From Isurus oxyrinchus (Eukaryota), in NCBI GenBank assembly GCA_026770705.1, contig JANJGN010000034.1:4526001-4590000 (forward strand): a DNA stretch of 64,000 nt, written 5' to 3'. The notes under the pieces are model-generated. The model was not told where the DNA came from and did no database searches. It saw only the letters and a program-made list of their open reading frames with translations. The translations under genes and the position numbers were made by a program. This document shows, piece after piece, positions 27,501 to 41,300 of this stretch (position 1 is its first letter; every line of letters starts with the position of its first letter).

Positions 27501-30500
27501 GGACGTCTGATTAATAGTGCTTCTTGTTGTCTTTTTCCCCGAGTCGATGGTCAGGATATTACTATTTGGTGGGATAAGTGGATGAGAATTGGCAAATACA
27601 ATAGCCTTTTTGCCTGCCCTGATTGAAATATGTGATCGGTTTACATCTGAACAAGGTTCCCTGGTTCAGAGCCAAACTGAACTGACGTCGACCTTTTTGC
27701 AAGGGGGCGTTCACGTTCAGCACTGAATGTGTGATTCCGTCTTACCATGGCATTTTGACCCCGTCGATGCTGTTCCGAATTGGGAATAACGTTTCCAAAT
27801 CCTCAGATTTTAAGAGCAAGTGGAGTGTACCGATTCTCTTTCCGAAATTATTACTTCATTGTCAACCTTCGTAAATGACTAACTGCTTAGATCATGTTCA
27901 ATCAAATCAATATGAATCGGACAAACAGGCCAAACAATCCAAATGGTCCATATCAGTTTCTTTAATGTCCCCACCACCACCCTCGCCCTGACAAACTAAA
28001 GGAGAATATTAACAGAAACAACATTACAAATCTCTGAAATGTGAAACAGAAAATATTTTGCCCATGCTCTTCGGTCATTAAGTCATACATACTAGCAGTG
28101 TCTTCTTTTCTTTGAAATTATAAGAACACAATGACTCTCTGAAATGTTTGAGTTCATCCAATTTAAAGCACGTGTGTTTCACCTGTTCCCGACACTTGAC
28201 AAATTACATCATTTTATTCAGCTGTCCACCAACTGATCACTGGAGTTTCTTTTGAAAACATCACTTCTTTGCTATTTATCAGCCTTATGTAATTGAATTC
28301 ATTATCAGCTATGCGCTTATATTTTATTTTGGCTTCATAAATTATTGCCTGTTGTATGCCTTGTTATATTCGTTGCGAATGAGTTATGGTACAAAACTGT
28401 CTTTCCTTCCCAAATATTTTTGAATGACATTTCCCTTATGCAATCCGCCATATAAAGACAAGTTACCCTTCTTGCAAATAAACGTACTGGCGTACTCCTT
28501 TTCTTCATTGCAGAGCTCATTGCATGCAAAGAATCTCTGCAGGGTTTAGGTGAGAAATCCGAGATGAATTTGCAAAAGGCTCACAGCAGGTCCGTCAACA
28601 GTTTCATCTGGGATTTAAAAAGCAGAACTGGTATTCTCGCATTGCCCGACTCTTTTTAACCATTGTGCTATTTGTGATAACAGTTACTTCTGGCGTTTTA
28701 AATATCAGGTGTAATTTCAAATACGCGGGAATAAAATAACACCCCTTTAGGACGTTCATCTGAGTGGTATTTATTGGGCTATATGACTGAATGTAATGGT
28801 GCTATAATGAGGTTATTTAAACTTTGATTCTGCGGTCGATTTTAAGAATCACCCGCCAGTGAAAATTGTTTACCTCAATCTAACATACATAAGGCCATTC
28901 CACCTGAATGAACCATATGATTATCCCCCTCTAATCAATTGAATAAATACACTCTTCCTGAAATAAATATTCATATCTTAATTCTCAGTCGTTCGCTAGG
29001 AATGTCATCAAACTACACGTGAATACAAGAAGGCGCTTCGAACTTTTACTACATCCTCAATTCATTCCGTGCCCACTAATGAAAGCGGTAAACAGGCATT
29101 CAAGTTTGAAAAGTATCGAACTTTCGAAAAAAGAAAACCTCAAAACGACCCTACAGTTGCTAAAGTGCTTACTGTGTACTCTAATTACTTCCAATGCATT
29201 TCAACAGAAGGAAAATTGAAAATAAAAGAGGAGGGTAATTTATTGTATGATTTTTGTTTTACAGTAGTAACGAAGTCGTATTTTTCTTTTTACTGAGCCC
29301 CAAACAAGATTTTGCCAAAAATAGTTATGGGGGAACTTCGGGATGGGAACGCGGGAAGCGATTCAGTTTCCACTCATTAGTCTGATCTTACCAGGAGGAA
29401 ATTGGCGTGAGATTTCCTCGTTAATGGTTGCACTGCAGTGACATCCGCTTGATAGTTACGTTAAATTTCCATTGCATTTTTGAATGGGCGTTTCGTGCCT
29501 GTAGATGCATGTTGGCACAGTTGATGCTGAATGCCTACAATACTAAATTGTGTTCTATGTTTTGAGGTGGGGGTTATCGGGGCCGGGAAATTTCCAAAGA
29601 TCACGCTGAACAAGAGCAGGGAGCTGTCCCAATTCATTTTTCTGTTTCAGTAACTCAATTATCACTATTTAAAATCTATTAGCTGGTTACTTGCCAGTGA
29701 TTTACACCAATGTGTATTTTGTAAATGGACGATTCGTTGCTAATGGATTATATCGAGGTTTGTTTTACCCCAATTGGAGAGACAAATCCACGGCATTGTA
29801 TGCAGAATTTTTAGGGGTCTCTGAAAGGAAGAAGAAACCCTATTTCTACTCTGCATGGCCATCATTTAAGATGTCTCCTGTCTGGTCTCGTCTTCCACTT
29901 GAACATTAGCGAGAATGATATCCATGCGAGAGATTTAGTTTTATCGAATTGTGACCAATTTTGCTTCAGCAATATCAGTCACTTCAGACTCCAAGCATTA
30001 GCTTCAGCTGTTTGGAAGATGATCGATGGGCTTCAACTTAGACAACACAACTTCAGTTTGTTTCTATCTAATCTCATGTATTCCATCAGCCCGATATTTT
30101 CGACGTAGGAATTAGCTACAATTCCCTTCACCTGCGTTTGTGCCTCGTTATCATAAATATGGTGTGTCGGTTGTTGTGTCAATTTGACTGCCCTTTTCCA
30201 ATACTTTTGAATGATGGTTTATTAGCATGGTGCCATGTATAGGCTCGTTAATCTTGTAGCAAATTAACGTGTCTATAGCTTCATTTTCCTCTTTCTAGAG
30301 CTGACTGCATGCAAAGAATCATTGAACATTTTAGGTGAGAAAGTAGCCTTATTCATGAAAGCATACAGACGGTAATGTGTCAAAATGTCATCAGAGAAGA
30401 ATTGCAGCCAAGTCGTGCGGTTTTGGCTTTTTATGGTTCTATTCACTTCTGTGAATTTAAAAATCGTGTGGAGTAGAGAACAAACTGTCCTCATAATGTC

Positions 30501-32349
30501 CGCCGTAAACTACTTTTTTCAGATAGTAATTTCCAAATCGCTATCACTCAAGGTAGTGGAATTGTATTGATGTTATCAATCACACGCCCTTTGGTCCATA
30601 TTCTGTAAGCTTCAGAAATTCTCTGCAATTCGATGTGCTTTCGAGAAAGCCGCTCTTAGCGAAAGTTAGATGTGAAACCTCAAACTGGTATCCTCTGATT
30701 TTGCTGGAGGAAAGTGACAACAAAGAAAAACAATACCATTTTTTGGAACTGACCTTTTAGTTACGCATTAAGATCAGTGTCAGCAACAAAATTGAAGAAG
30801 GGACTATCATTCAATCAGGCAGTCCATTTCCGTGATTTACGAGTATTTTTTTTTATAATATTGTGTTAAATCCAGGGCAATAGACAAAGGCACAAATAAT
30901 AATTAGAACAGAAACGCAAACCAGATAGTGATGGTGTTCAGCTAACGACGGAGTGTTTGGTGGTTGCTTTGGCAAGGGTGCTGAGTAATGCTCATTAATG
31001 AAATTAAGCCAGTAATGTTACATACTAACATGGACCTGACGGGATGTTGCAAAGTGGAAAGACAAATTACCATTTTCTATTTGGAGCCTGAAAGCAGGGC
31101 GACAGAAGACTGCCAGCAGGTATCCGAACGTTGGGCGATGGTAGAGGGCACTGCATGTCTCAAAGCACTATTAAAGGAGACAGATACAGTAATTCGAACA
31201 CAGTACCAAAGAACGAGAACATAGTGTCTGAAAAGAGTGTGCGAGATGCGAGAAGCATGTGACTGCAAATAACGTGAGAGGACAGAACAGCAGGAGCCAT
31301 AAAAGGGACCGGTTTGCATAGGAGGAGCTCAAAGCGTTGGCACAAAGAGTGCTGAGAAAATTCTGTGTGACATCACAGAAACAAAGGCAATTCATATGCC
31401 AATAGGTATCTTTTTCCACTTTTCCTTTCAAATCATTGGCAATTTATTACTATTTGTAAAGTGTGTTGGTAGAAATAATGTTTCTTATTATTTTTAAAAC
31501 AACCATCTGAACTCGGAGATAGTCATTAGAATGAAATATCAGCATTCAATTAATTAACACATAACAGAGATGGCAGTTCCGGTGTTGCGACTGCAGAATG
31601 CAGAAATACTAGAACCACCATTTTTTGCTCGCCAGTGACTTTTTGAGCCTTGAGGAGCTTCGGCTCAGTGCAATTATGCTCATGACCGTGATGCACGCAC
31701 TCGAGTGCTTCATTGAATGGGGATATTCATTCGACACTTTATTCACGGTGGCTTTCACAAGCTATCCAAATGATTCAGATTTGGTCAGCAGTCATGTACA
31801 CGAGGCTTTGCGTGCAAGTGAGTTTGGGAAGCTCATTTAGCAAATTGAAATAGTAGACCCTCAGCTTTGGCAATTCTCCAATAGTCTTGAATATGCTGCA
31901 GCCTAAATGGAGGAAAGCAGGTCTGCAAGATGGCTCACAAAAATGACATTATCACAGTCGTACCGGAAGCTATGCAATAAGGGTAGTTAATCGGAATGCA
32001 AAGTTAGAAGGCGACAGTATACTCTGGGAGTTAGATATCTAGCTCTTCAGGCTGGTGTAGTAGTCCTGAAGGCCGTGTTGCTTGACCAGTAGTACTTCTC
32101 GGGTGTCTGTTTATTGTTGGAGAGGCACTCACGAAGGGAGCGGGTTAATCCAGTGGCCATCTCCACGTGTCCAATGACAAAATTGATAGGGCAAGGATCT
32201 AGGTTCTGCTTAGAGATAATGAATAACAAGGGCTAAAGTAAAAAGCAGAACATACAACGTTATGCTCTAAGGTTTATTACCTGAACAACGAACACATTGG
32301 CATTGAGTAAATAAGAGTGTGTGTTTGCATGTGTGAGTTCTGGGCGGGT

Positions 32350-32388
<39 letters not shown>

Positions 32389-35300
32389 GGGGTTGGGATG
32401 AGTGTTTGCCGGCCCAAAACCTGGTCTGGGAGAAATATATTTTTCCGATTCCGGGACACTGGCACATTTACTTGTGAATTGATAACTGTACCGTTGGGAT
32501 TGCATTCACCTGGGTTGTGCTGGGACAAGTAGTCTACCGAGTCGTATAACCAGGGTGCCAGAGGGGGCTTCAATTATTGAGAAGAAGTTGATGGAAAGGA
32601 ATTATACTGTAAGACATACAGTAATCGGAAGGGGAACAACATGTTAAAAGGGAAGGGTAATGGTTTGGGTAATGATAACAATTGTAAGGTAGGGATGGTG
32701 AGACAGTAGAAACTTAAAGGAAGAGATTGGCAGAAATAGCAGCAACAATACAGACTTAAATGCTCTGCATCTAAAAGCTGACAAAATTATTAATGAATTG
32801 GTAGCTCTGATGGAAATGCATATTTATGCCATCATAACAATTACATGGAAACAGATTTTATCAGCCGAGGACTGGGACCACTAATGATGGAGTAGAAGAA
32901 TAACCATGATGCTGCAAGTGGAATATGCGAATCTTTTTCACTTGCATTATAAGGGCAGCTGCTAAGAGATTTGAAAAGGAATAGTGGAACTAAAGCGAAC
33001 ATTGTTCTTTAGAAAGTGGGCCTTTGGACATCATGAGGAAGGCAAGAAATGGGCAGAAGTATTGAAAACGTACGCTTTGTCCTCGTTGTAGAAAATTTAC
33101 CATCGTTCCCAAAGATTTTTCAAAATCAATAGGTGAAAAACATCCTCATATGTACATCTACAGTCAAATTCAGTATGGTTTATTTGAACTTCAACTTCAA
33201 TAAAAAGCAGCATTCCATTTGAATTCCTAATCATCAAAGCATCTTTATATGATTGCTGAAACAGGACACACATGCTCCAGTATATTCCTAGTTCTGTAAG
33301 TTATACCTTCATTTAAATATTAGGCTGCCCCTCTGTTCTTCCTGCCAATGTGGACAAGTTCAGTTTTGTTTCAGCGTTGTACCTGATGTGCCAATATTTT
33401 CCACAATCATGTCAATTTTCTACATCCCATTTCAGATTCAGTATCTTGACATCTTCCTTTCATAAATACATTGATGCAAAATTGAAAACCGTAAACGCGG
33501 TACTTCTTTCGAAATAATAGATGTAAATTGCAATCAGTTGAGGCCATAGCACTGATCGCTCCAGCACACTATTAGCATCCAATTTCCAACCGGAAGCAAC
33601 GCAATAGTTTCACAAAGCTCTCTTCCTGTTAGCTCAGCAATCTGCACAAATTCTAACTTGCTGCCCCCTCTAAGGTAAAATTTAATCTTGACTTGTAATC
33701 TTTGATCGCATAGCTTATCATGGCACTTCTGGAAATAAAATTACAACACATTGATAGCTTCTCCTCCCGTACTTTGCTTGATGTTTACACAAGAAGCTGT
33801 TAAATTTGATGCAAAGTCATTGCCCTTTGACCAACCCATCCGGGATCAGCCTGATAAGATTGTGATTTTCTAATAATGCCCCTACAACCTCTTAATAAAG
33901 GATTCGTCATATGATCAAATGTGAGGATAACTGGCGTGCAGTATAAGGCTTTGTCTCTGTCCTCTTTTCTTGACTGATGGTGTTGCACAAGCTATTTGCC
34001 AACCCAATGGGATCCTTCTAGAATCTATTGAATGTTTGGAAGATTAGAATCTATGGATGTTTTATCCCTGCATCCATTCTTTAAAGAAAGTCAGATGCAA
34101 TAATTTCCTCCTAGGAATTGTCAAGCATTATTTTCAATATTATTCTGACCAAATCAAAGTACTGTTGGGCAGTAGATTTATTTCCTCCATCTCTCAGTCG
34201 CCATTAGATTTCCAAGAACATTTGGGAAATATTCTAAACTTTATGCAATGAGTTAGAGATAAGATCCATGTTCATCACTTCCGCAATGTACATCTTTTAC
34301 AATATCGGATGTGAGAATCACCCTGCAGAAGACCAAAACTAGCATTAACTACACATTTTTTCCTACTCAAATACTTCCCGACGTTCTCCATTCTACTTTT
34401 GTTAACCTATCTGTCCAATCATAGTACAGATTAAAGATTGTTGGTGGTTATTGGAACGGGATGAAATATGAAACTGTGTAAATTTTCCTACAGCCGAATA
34501 GTGCACGAGCACAAATGGAACTGAGTGTAACATTTTTGTTTCCGTACTTGATGAAAATAAAAACTTGTGCCCAAAGCAGTTCAAAGAATGTTCATCCAAC
34601 TCATTTCCAGTTGAGATTGTTATCTCATGAATAAAGGTTGAGCAGCTTGGGGCTGTATTCGTTGGAGTTCAGAAGATTGAGTGGTGTTATCATTTGAACA
34701 TATAATATGTTGTGACGTGTGAAGCAGTCTATAACGAGACTGCCTCAATAGCAATGTCTCCATTTGAATACGTTGATGAGGCGATTAAAAAAATAAGGTC
34801 GTTAGTACATGGATTTCTCTTCACAAGAAAAACAATGTGTTCAAGTCATGAATTTATTCATGATGGCGTTAGAGATATATTCGATGGACACGTATTTGGG
34901 TTATGGTCTTCTGCAGGGTGATTCTGACATCGGAAAAGTGCCCAATGCCCAGTCAGCCATGAACTAATTGAATGTTGGTCACTGTCTCAAAGGGCTCTCT
35001 GGCCTACTGCTGTTCTTAACTAACATGTTCCTATGTGCCTCTGATTTTGATACCAATCTCATAGCTTAGTGATGCAAATTGTTTTTTTTTATGAAAGTTC
35101 AAGGATGACATCCGTCATTCGTGGAAAGAAAATTGTTTTCTACTGCCGGTTCATAGTCGACCTAATAATCTTTTCAATTGTTTTTGAGTGGAATGTGCGT
35201 TTCATTGAAAGTATCTGGTTGCTTACAGTTCAAAAGTGCTTTAATTCAATTAATTTTCATAATTGAATGTTAGTGGTGTTGAAAATGATAGCAGGAATGC

Positions 35301-38300
35301 ACGTAAAGTGTATATTTCTGAAGTGCTAGTATGATAATCTAATACCAAATATGATTCTCTGATGCCTTTTTGAACACAATTCCATGTCGACGAACAAAGC
35401 AGCAGGCCTGATGTGCAAGAATAGCCATGTCCATTACGTGGCAATCTCTTGAATGCGGATATTTAAAATGGACTCTTCTTCCTCCCTCTTGAACTGGACA
35501 AAGTTTAAAAAAGCCACTGATAACTTTGTGTCAGCAGACAACCAGTAGTATTGGTGTGGACATGGTTCTGGGTCAATCAATCCAAATTGATAAATGCAAT
35601 AATTGTCATATTTGCTGATGTTAGCTCAAAGAAATACGTATTTGTTGGGGTTTATAGCTATTCCCGTTCATTGGACGGTCCGAGAGCAAACATCTGTGCA
35701 GTGTTTTTATTAATTAGGAAGAGTGACGTTTAAATACGATTCAACTGGGATGACGTAATTGAGTGGGCTTGGGCAGGAATGGCTAAATGCCAGAGTCCCT
35801 TTTGGGGACCATTATGTGTGTACTGCAACTGTTGAAGTTAACAAAATCAGAACAGAGTAGAGGTTTGCAACAGCTGATCACTGAAAGAACTCCCAGTCTC
35901 CGTCTCCACCAATGGCAAATGTCAATCGAAGGCATCGTATGGGAAATAGAGTGCAGTTGACACGGCAATCACTGTGTATATGAAAAAGGCCAGATCAAGC
36001 AACCATATGATCGAAAGCACACGTTACACTTGCCCTAGATAAACTATGAACACGGGCTTGATAAACAGTTTATTGAATGTCAATCATTTAATTGAGGGAA
36101 CAATTCTTCTGCCAACATTGCGTAGACGGATACTGGAACGTCACTGTTGTCCTGGGGAATAGATATTCCAGAAACAAACATCAATAAAAAAGGCAAATAT
36201 AACATCCATTACTTTGAATACGTTACTTTTTATTTATTTTCCTTTGCACAAACGCAGGACTTCAGTGCAAAAATTGAAACACTGACAACATTTCAAGAAT
36301 AGATATTTAGCTGGAATAGGGTTTTGGCCGACTTCATTTCGAAAAAGGCAACATCAAAATGCAAGCTGTATTATGTCAGACCTTTTTCATCTCCATATTG
36401 TTTTCTTATATCTCCATACGTTTTCAACATACCAGGAGATTATTACTGCCTATTTCGAATGAAAGTTCTACTTCAAGTATTTCAGGCCACAAGCTAAGCA
36501 AAAATGCTTTGAAATATATAGCTAGGATAGGGGCAACAGCCTATTCAAAATTCTAAACATAATTTCCTAAACGGCAATATTATCTTTTGATTCATTCATT
36601 TGTTGTAATCAGAAAGATACAATGGCATTTGCTTTAGCCACTGAGTAGAGCTATAGAGTCGCACAATTACACTTGATGGCTACACCCCCCCGTAACGGTT
36701 TGTTGCTTTTATTATAGTCTTCGTCATAATTATTATTACTAACATTATCATCATCATATTATCATGCTTATCATCCTTACATTGTCATCGGTTGTGAACA
36801 TGTTTTCCTGACATCAGCACTGTAAATACATAGCAACATGGAATTTATTTCCTTTTACATTAGTTGTGTCCAAAACTCTACTAAATTAATTTTGGTCTTC
36901 GTGCTGCTTGCACTTTTTTTTCCTCCAGCATATTAACTGAAGGGAAGATTAAATCAGTAGAGGAGATAATTCAGTATGAACGTATTCGCCTACACCAGCA
37001 ATAAAAATCGATTGATTTCTTTTCCAAAGCGAATTCAAACGAAATGCCTGGTGGGGATATTAGTGTATTAAAGTTGGAGAAGTGATTGACGTGTTTTCCA
37101 GCTTTGATTCAACTAGTGGTTCTTCGATATTTAAGAGCACTTCCCGGGTTTTAGACGGCACTGCATTGACATCAACCTTAATGACAGTACGATATCCGAG
37201 GACATTGCCAAATGTCAGTTTCCTTGTTATTGTTGAAATTTCGATTTTGACAGAGTTCCAGAAGAATGGCTGTCAGGCCAATTTGAATCCGAATTGTAGT
37301 GGGAAATTCACAAGACTTTGGCGACCATAGCAGAGCAGTCTGCATGAGTATTTTTTGGGGCGGGGGTGGGAAGGAGTGGGGTGGAGGAGGGGGGAGTTGA
37401 TTGTTGGGGAGGGTGATAGGGGGGTTGAACTGGCCCGATCCTTCTTACAGTAGCATTGCTCAAAATGCCATTATCTCAACGACTCTCTGCTTATTTCGCA
37501 TCGAATGGTATAAATTTGATTTGGGGAAAAGGATGATGTAACCTATGCACAAATAGTTTTTTGTCACTCTCGCCTCCTTGCCAAAGAAAAGAGGGAGATT
37601 ATTAATACCAATTGAGAAATTTCCCAAAAGTTCAACAATCCCCATGCTTTTGTCCTCAAAAAGTTCATTTTCTCATAACACATACATCCCGTCGGACCCA
37701 TTTTTGAGTTTGTAAGTTGAAAAAATACGCTACCTGCAGAGTTTTTGGTGCTGCTCTTGCTCTGGCCATTTGGTTATCTATGATATTCATCTTTAAACGG
37801 ATTCCACCGAAACATTCAGCTGCTCAGGACACCATCACTGGAATTCGTCCCCTGAGCAACTTTTTCAACCTGACATTTGCCAATAGTCTGACACTCTTTA
37901 ACAACCAATTCTTTGACAAAGCTTTCGGTGATAAATTTCATTTGCTGCTTTGTGCTTCTTTTTCTCATATTTCTTGTGCAAATGTTGCAAAGTACAAATT
38001 GCGATGCACTTATTAAGTACTTCAACAAATTATAAATTTCAAAGCTACATTTCAATGCATGTTTCAAATAAATATGTTGGCAGGCTCTTTTTCAACTCAT
38101 TCCAGACATTACCACTTGCAAGGAGGATTTAAGAGACTTAGCTGAGAATAAATACTTTTTCCTGAAAACTCTCACACGGTCACATCATAAAAATTCCACG
38201 TGAGACTAGGACGTGGCTAAGTGATATTGGGTCCTCATCCTATTTTATCCACGGCCCAGGTTTTGTTCCATTAACTTTACAGATTTAAGTATTGAGAGGA

Positions 38301-41300
38301 ATGTAGAACAAAAAGTTCCTACATAATTGTCCATTCACCCATTTAACCACAGATGAAAATGTAACTGGATGAGGTGATGTTTTCTTGAGGCTACCGATCA
38401 CCATCACTATGCCATATATTCACTGCGACAGACAAATGATCAGCAATTACAACTGCTTTCACATCCGCTGCGATAAACCTTGCTGTTGAAAATCTAATTC
38501 GGAAAATTGTGCTTTACAGAAGCAGAGCTGAATGCAAAACAAGAAGGTGGGAAGTTTTCAGAATTAACTACTGGAAATGCATTAAACAAATAAGATGAAA
38601 ATGTTGTCATTTAAATGGGCATGCAATTCACATTGTTGGCGAATGTTTAATAATACCTCAATAAAGTTGAGGCGCAAAATATATCTTAGGAGAATATCTG
38701 ACAATGATATCATTAAGATATCACAAAGTAAAGAAATGATGTTCTTTGCTTATTGATACCCAACTTATATGTGCCAGATAACACAATACTTCTTGTGAAT
38801 GAAAAAGTGCGGGATTTGTTCTGCGATTCAACAAAACTGTGTTTCACAACTCGTACCATCTAAAAAAAACACAGTCGACTAAATCAACATTTCATTTACC
38901 ACGAGTGTGAAATGGGGAACAAAGGGAAATATTAGATTTTATAGTAGTCAAATGAGTTTCAACACAAGTAACTTGAGGCATCAAATCAACGTACCAAAGG
39001 GAAATGGCCTCTAAGCAAGACGAACAATTTGTTTTTATGGCACATTGTTAGTATAATTTAACCTAAATTTGCATCGCCAGTTCATCATTAAACACAATCA
39101 ACATCGGGCAAGGATACATTTCATCATGTGCAAGAATTTGCTGAATTTTCAACCATTTGATTGCGGATAGCTGAAGTGGCCTGTTGTTCTTCCTTCCTTA
39201 ACTTGACAAAGTCAAAAAAGCCGCCGAGAGCTCAGGTTTGCACTCAACTAATACTGCTGACTTGGGAATACTTCTTGGCCTATAGACATAGAATGAGGAG
39301 TGCAATATTGACTGCAGATTATAACGGAATATTAAATGAAAGGATAATAATCTCCGCAGTTTTTGTAATAAACCAGTCTTTTTTTTTTGAAAGTTCGCAA
39401 AAAATAAAATTGCCTTCAACCCCTCTGCAAGTTAAAGTTCAAACAATTCAAATGTTATGAGGTCAGCGCAAGGGCATGTGCCAGTATGGCAAATTGGCAA
39501 AAAAAAAATGCAACTATAATATGTGTAAGAGGAATATTGAAGCTTATTGAACTTCAACGCGGGAGATATCTATAATCATTCACCCATAAAGGAAGGCTCG
39601 TGCGTCCATCTATAAGATTGGCAAACTTCATGGTTAATCTGATGAGAAATAAAATGAAGATGGTACCGCAGACACTCTCTGGCATGAACATATTCAGTAT
39701 AAGCACAGAATCCGGAAGTGAAATTGGCATTTACCAAAAATAATTCACAATTGTTTGACATGAATATAATCGCTCAGCTGATGGAACAGACCTCATGGCT
39801 TCATTCAGAGTGGAACGGAGACGCCTATTTGCTATTAGTGGATATATTTGCTTTTTTCAATTCACCAACCTCGGTAGAAATAATAAATCTGCTGGTCAAT
39901 AAGTTGATTAATTTTCTGCTCATTTTCCCCGCTCAAACGGAAAGCTTATTTTCCAACGTTAGATCGTTGGCAAATTTTCTGACGTAATTATTTGTCCATT
40001 TAACGCTCTTGAACGTCCGTTTGTCTGGAATGACGACATAGAATTGGAAGTTGTACTGTTGTATAATAACCTGTCTTCTCGCCGGAAATTTACACGTTTT
40101 AATAACGGTGGATTAATTGAAGTTAAAGCTATGTATATTTGTTCGAATGGAAGATGTCTTTTTATTTATTACAGACAATTCAGAACTCAAAACCTGTAAA
40201 GACACTGTGAAAGAGACAGGTACGGGTGGGACTCCTATCTATTCGAAACCAGTACATTAATTTCATAAATACTTTCAGATAAAAACAAAATTGCAATGTT
40301 TACAGTGCAGCAAAATAAATGTAACTCCATGGTTTGCTGGGGCATCTGTCCGCAGCTATAAAGTTGTCCTCATCCTATTTGATTACAATTCAGTTTAATG
40401 GCGTGGCGATTTTTAAAAGTTATCTACCGTTTAACGCACGTGAAAGTGGCTGCCTGTGTGAATATTTGTGGCTTATTCCAAATATCCCAAAATAATAGAA
40501 CTGGAAATGTAGCGTAATTTGGGAAAAGTAGCCCAGACTGTGAAGGCAGATTAGGATACAACACATTTCATCTGATATTAATGAAGGTGAAATTAAGAAC
40601 AATCGGTTATTAGGCAGTTTAGCCCCTACAAATTGAATTAGACTGTGAATGATCTGTGTTCAGTTATATCCAGTCGCTTTTGCACTGAATTAGTAATATC
40701 ATATTCAGGCAGAGCTTCAACAGTTCATGTCGGCTAATGTACGAATTTTCCACGAACGAGAGCGTTTCCAGCAGCCCTGAACATTGAATGCATAACTTAC
40801 TTTTGCTTTCCCTTTCTTTTAGGTTCGCCCATTAGTGGAAATAACTTATATCTATCTAACCGATGGAACATTTTTTTATGTCTTGTGCTCCTGAATGGGA
40901 ACACAAACCAACATTACACCTTGAAGTGAATGAAAGCTTCTTGAAATTCTCATTCATCAGGATTGATTTTAAAAAAAATCGTTATGTCTTTGGTACAAAT
41001 CTGCTCTGTCGTTTCCAACGCGACGCTATCCGTAATCGATTGCTCTCTACAGAACTGTAACCAGAAACCTGATCATGCACACAATGTTAGCTTTGTCTAA
41101 GTATAGAACTGAGGTATGCAAAATGTAAAAAAAAATCTCGGCTACTTTAGTACAATATTTGTTACCTTGCCTAAATGAATATCAGCACCCATTAACTTTC
41201 TTTATTCAGCTGAGCTCAAGCCTTCTCATCAAATTGATATTTATAATGCAATTCTTACAGCTTCATTATAATTTTGGTGAATATTTATAGCATTGATTCC

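Noticed and set aside
32260-32573. Overlapping ORFs with HT or VC repeats
   Set aside because: They are translations of a (TG)n microsatellite.
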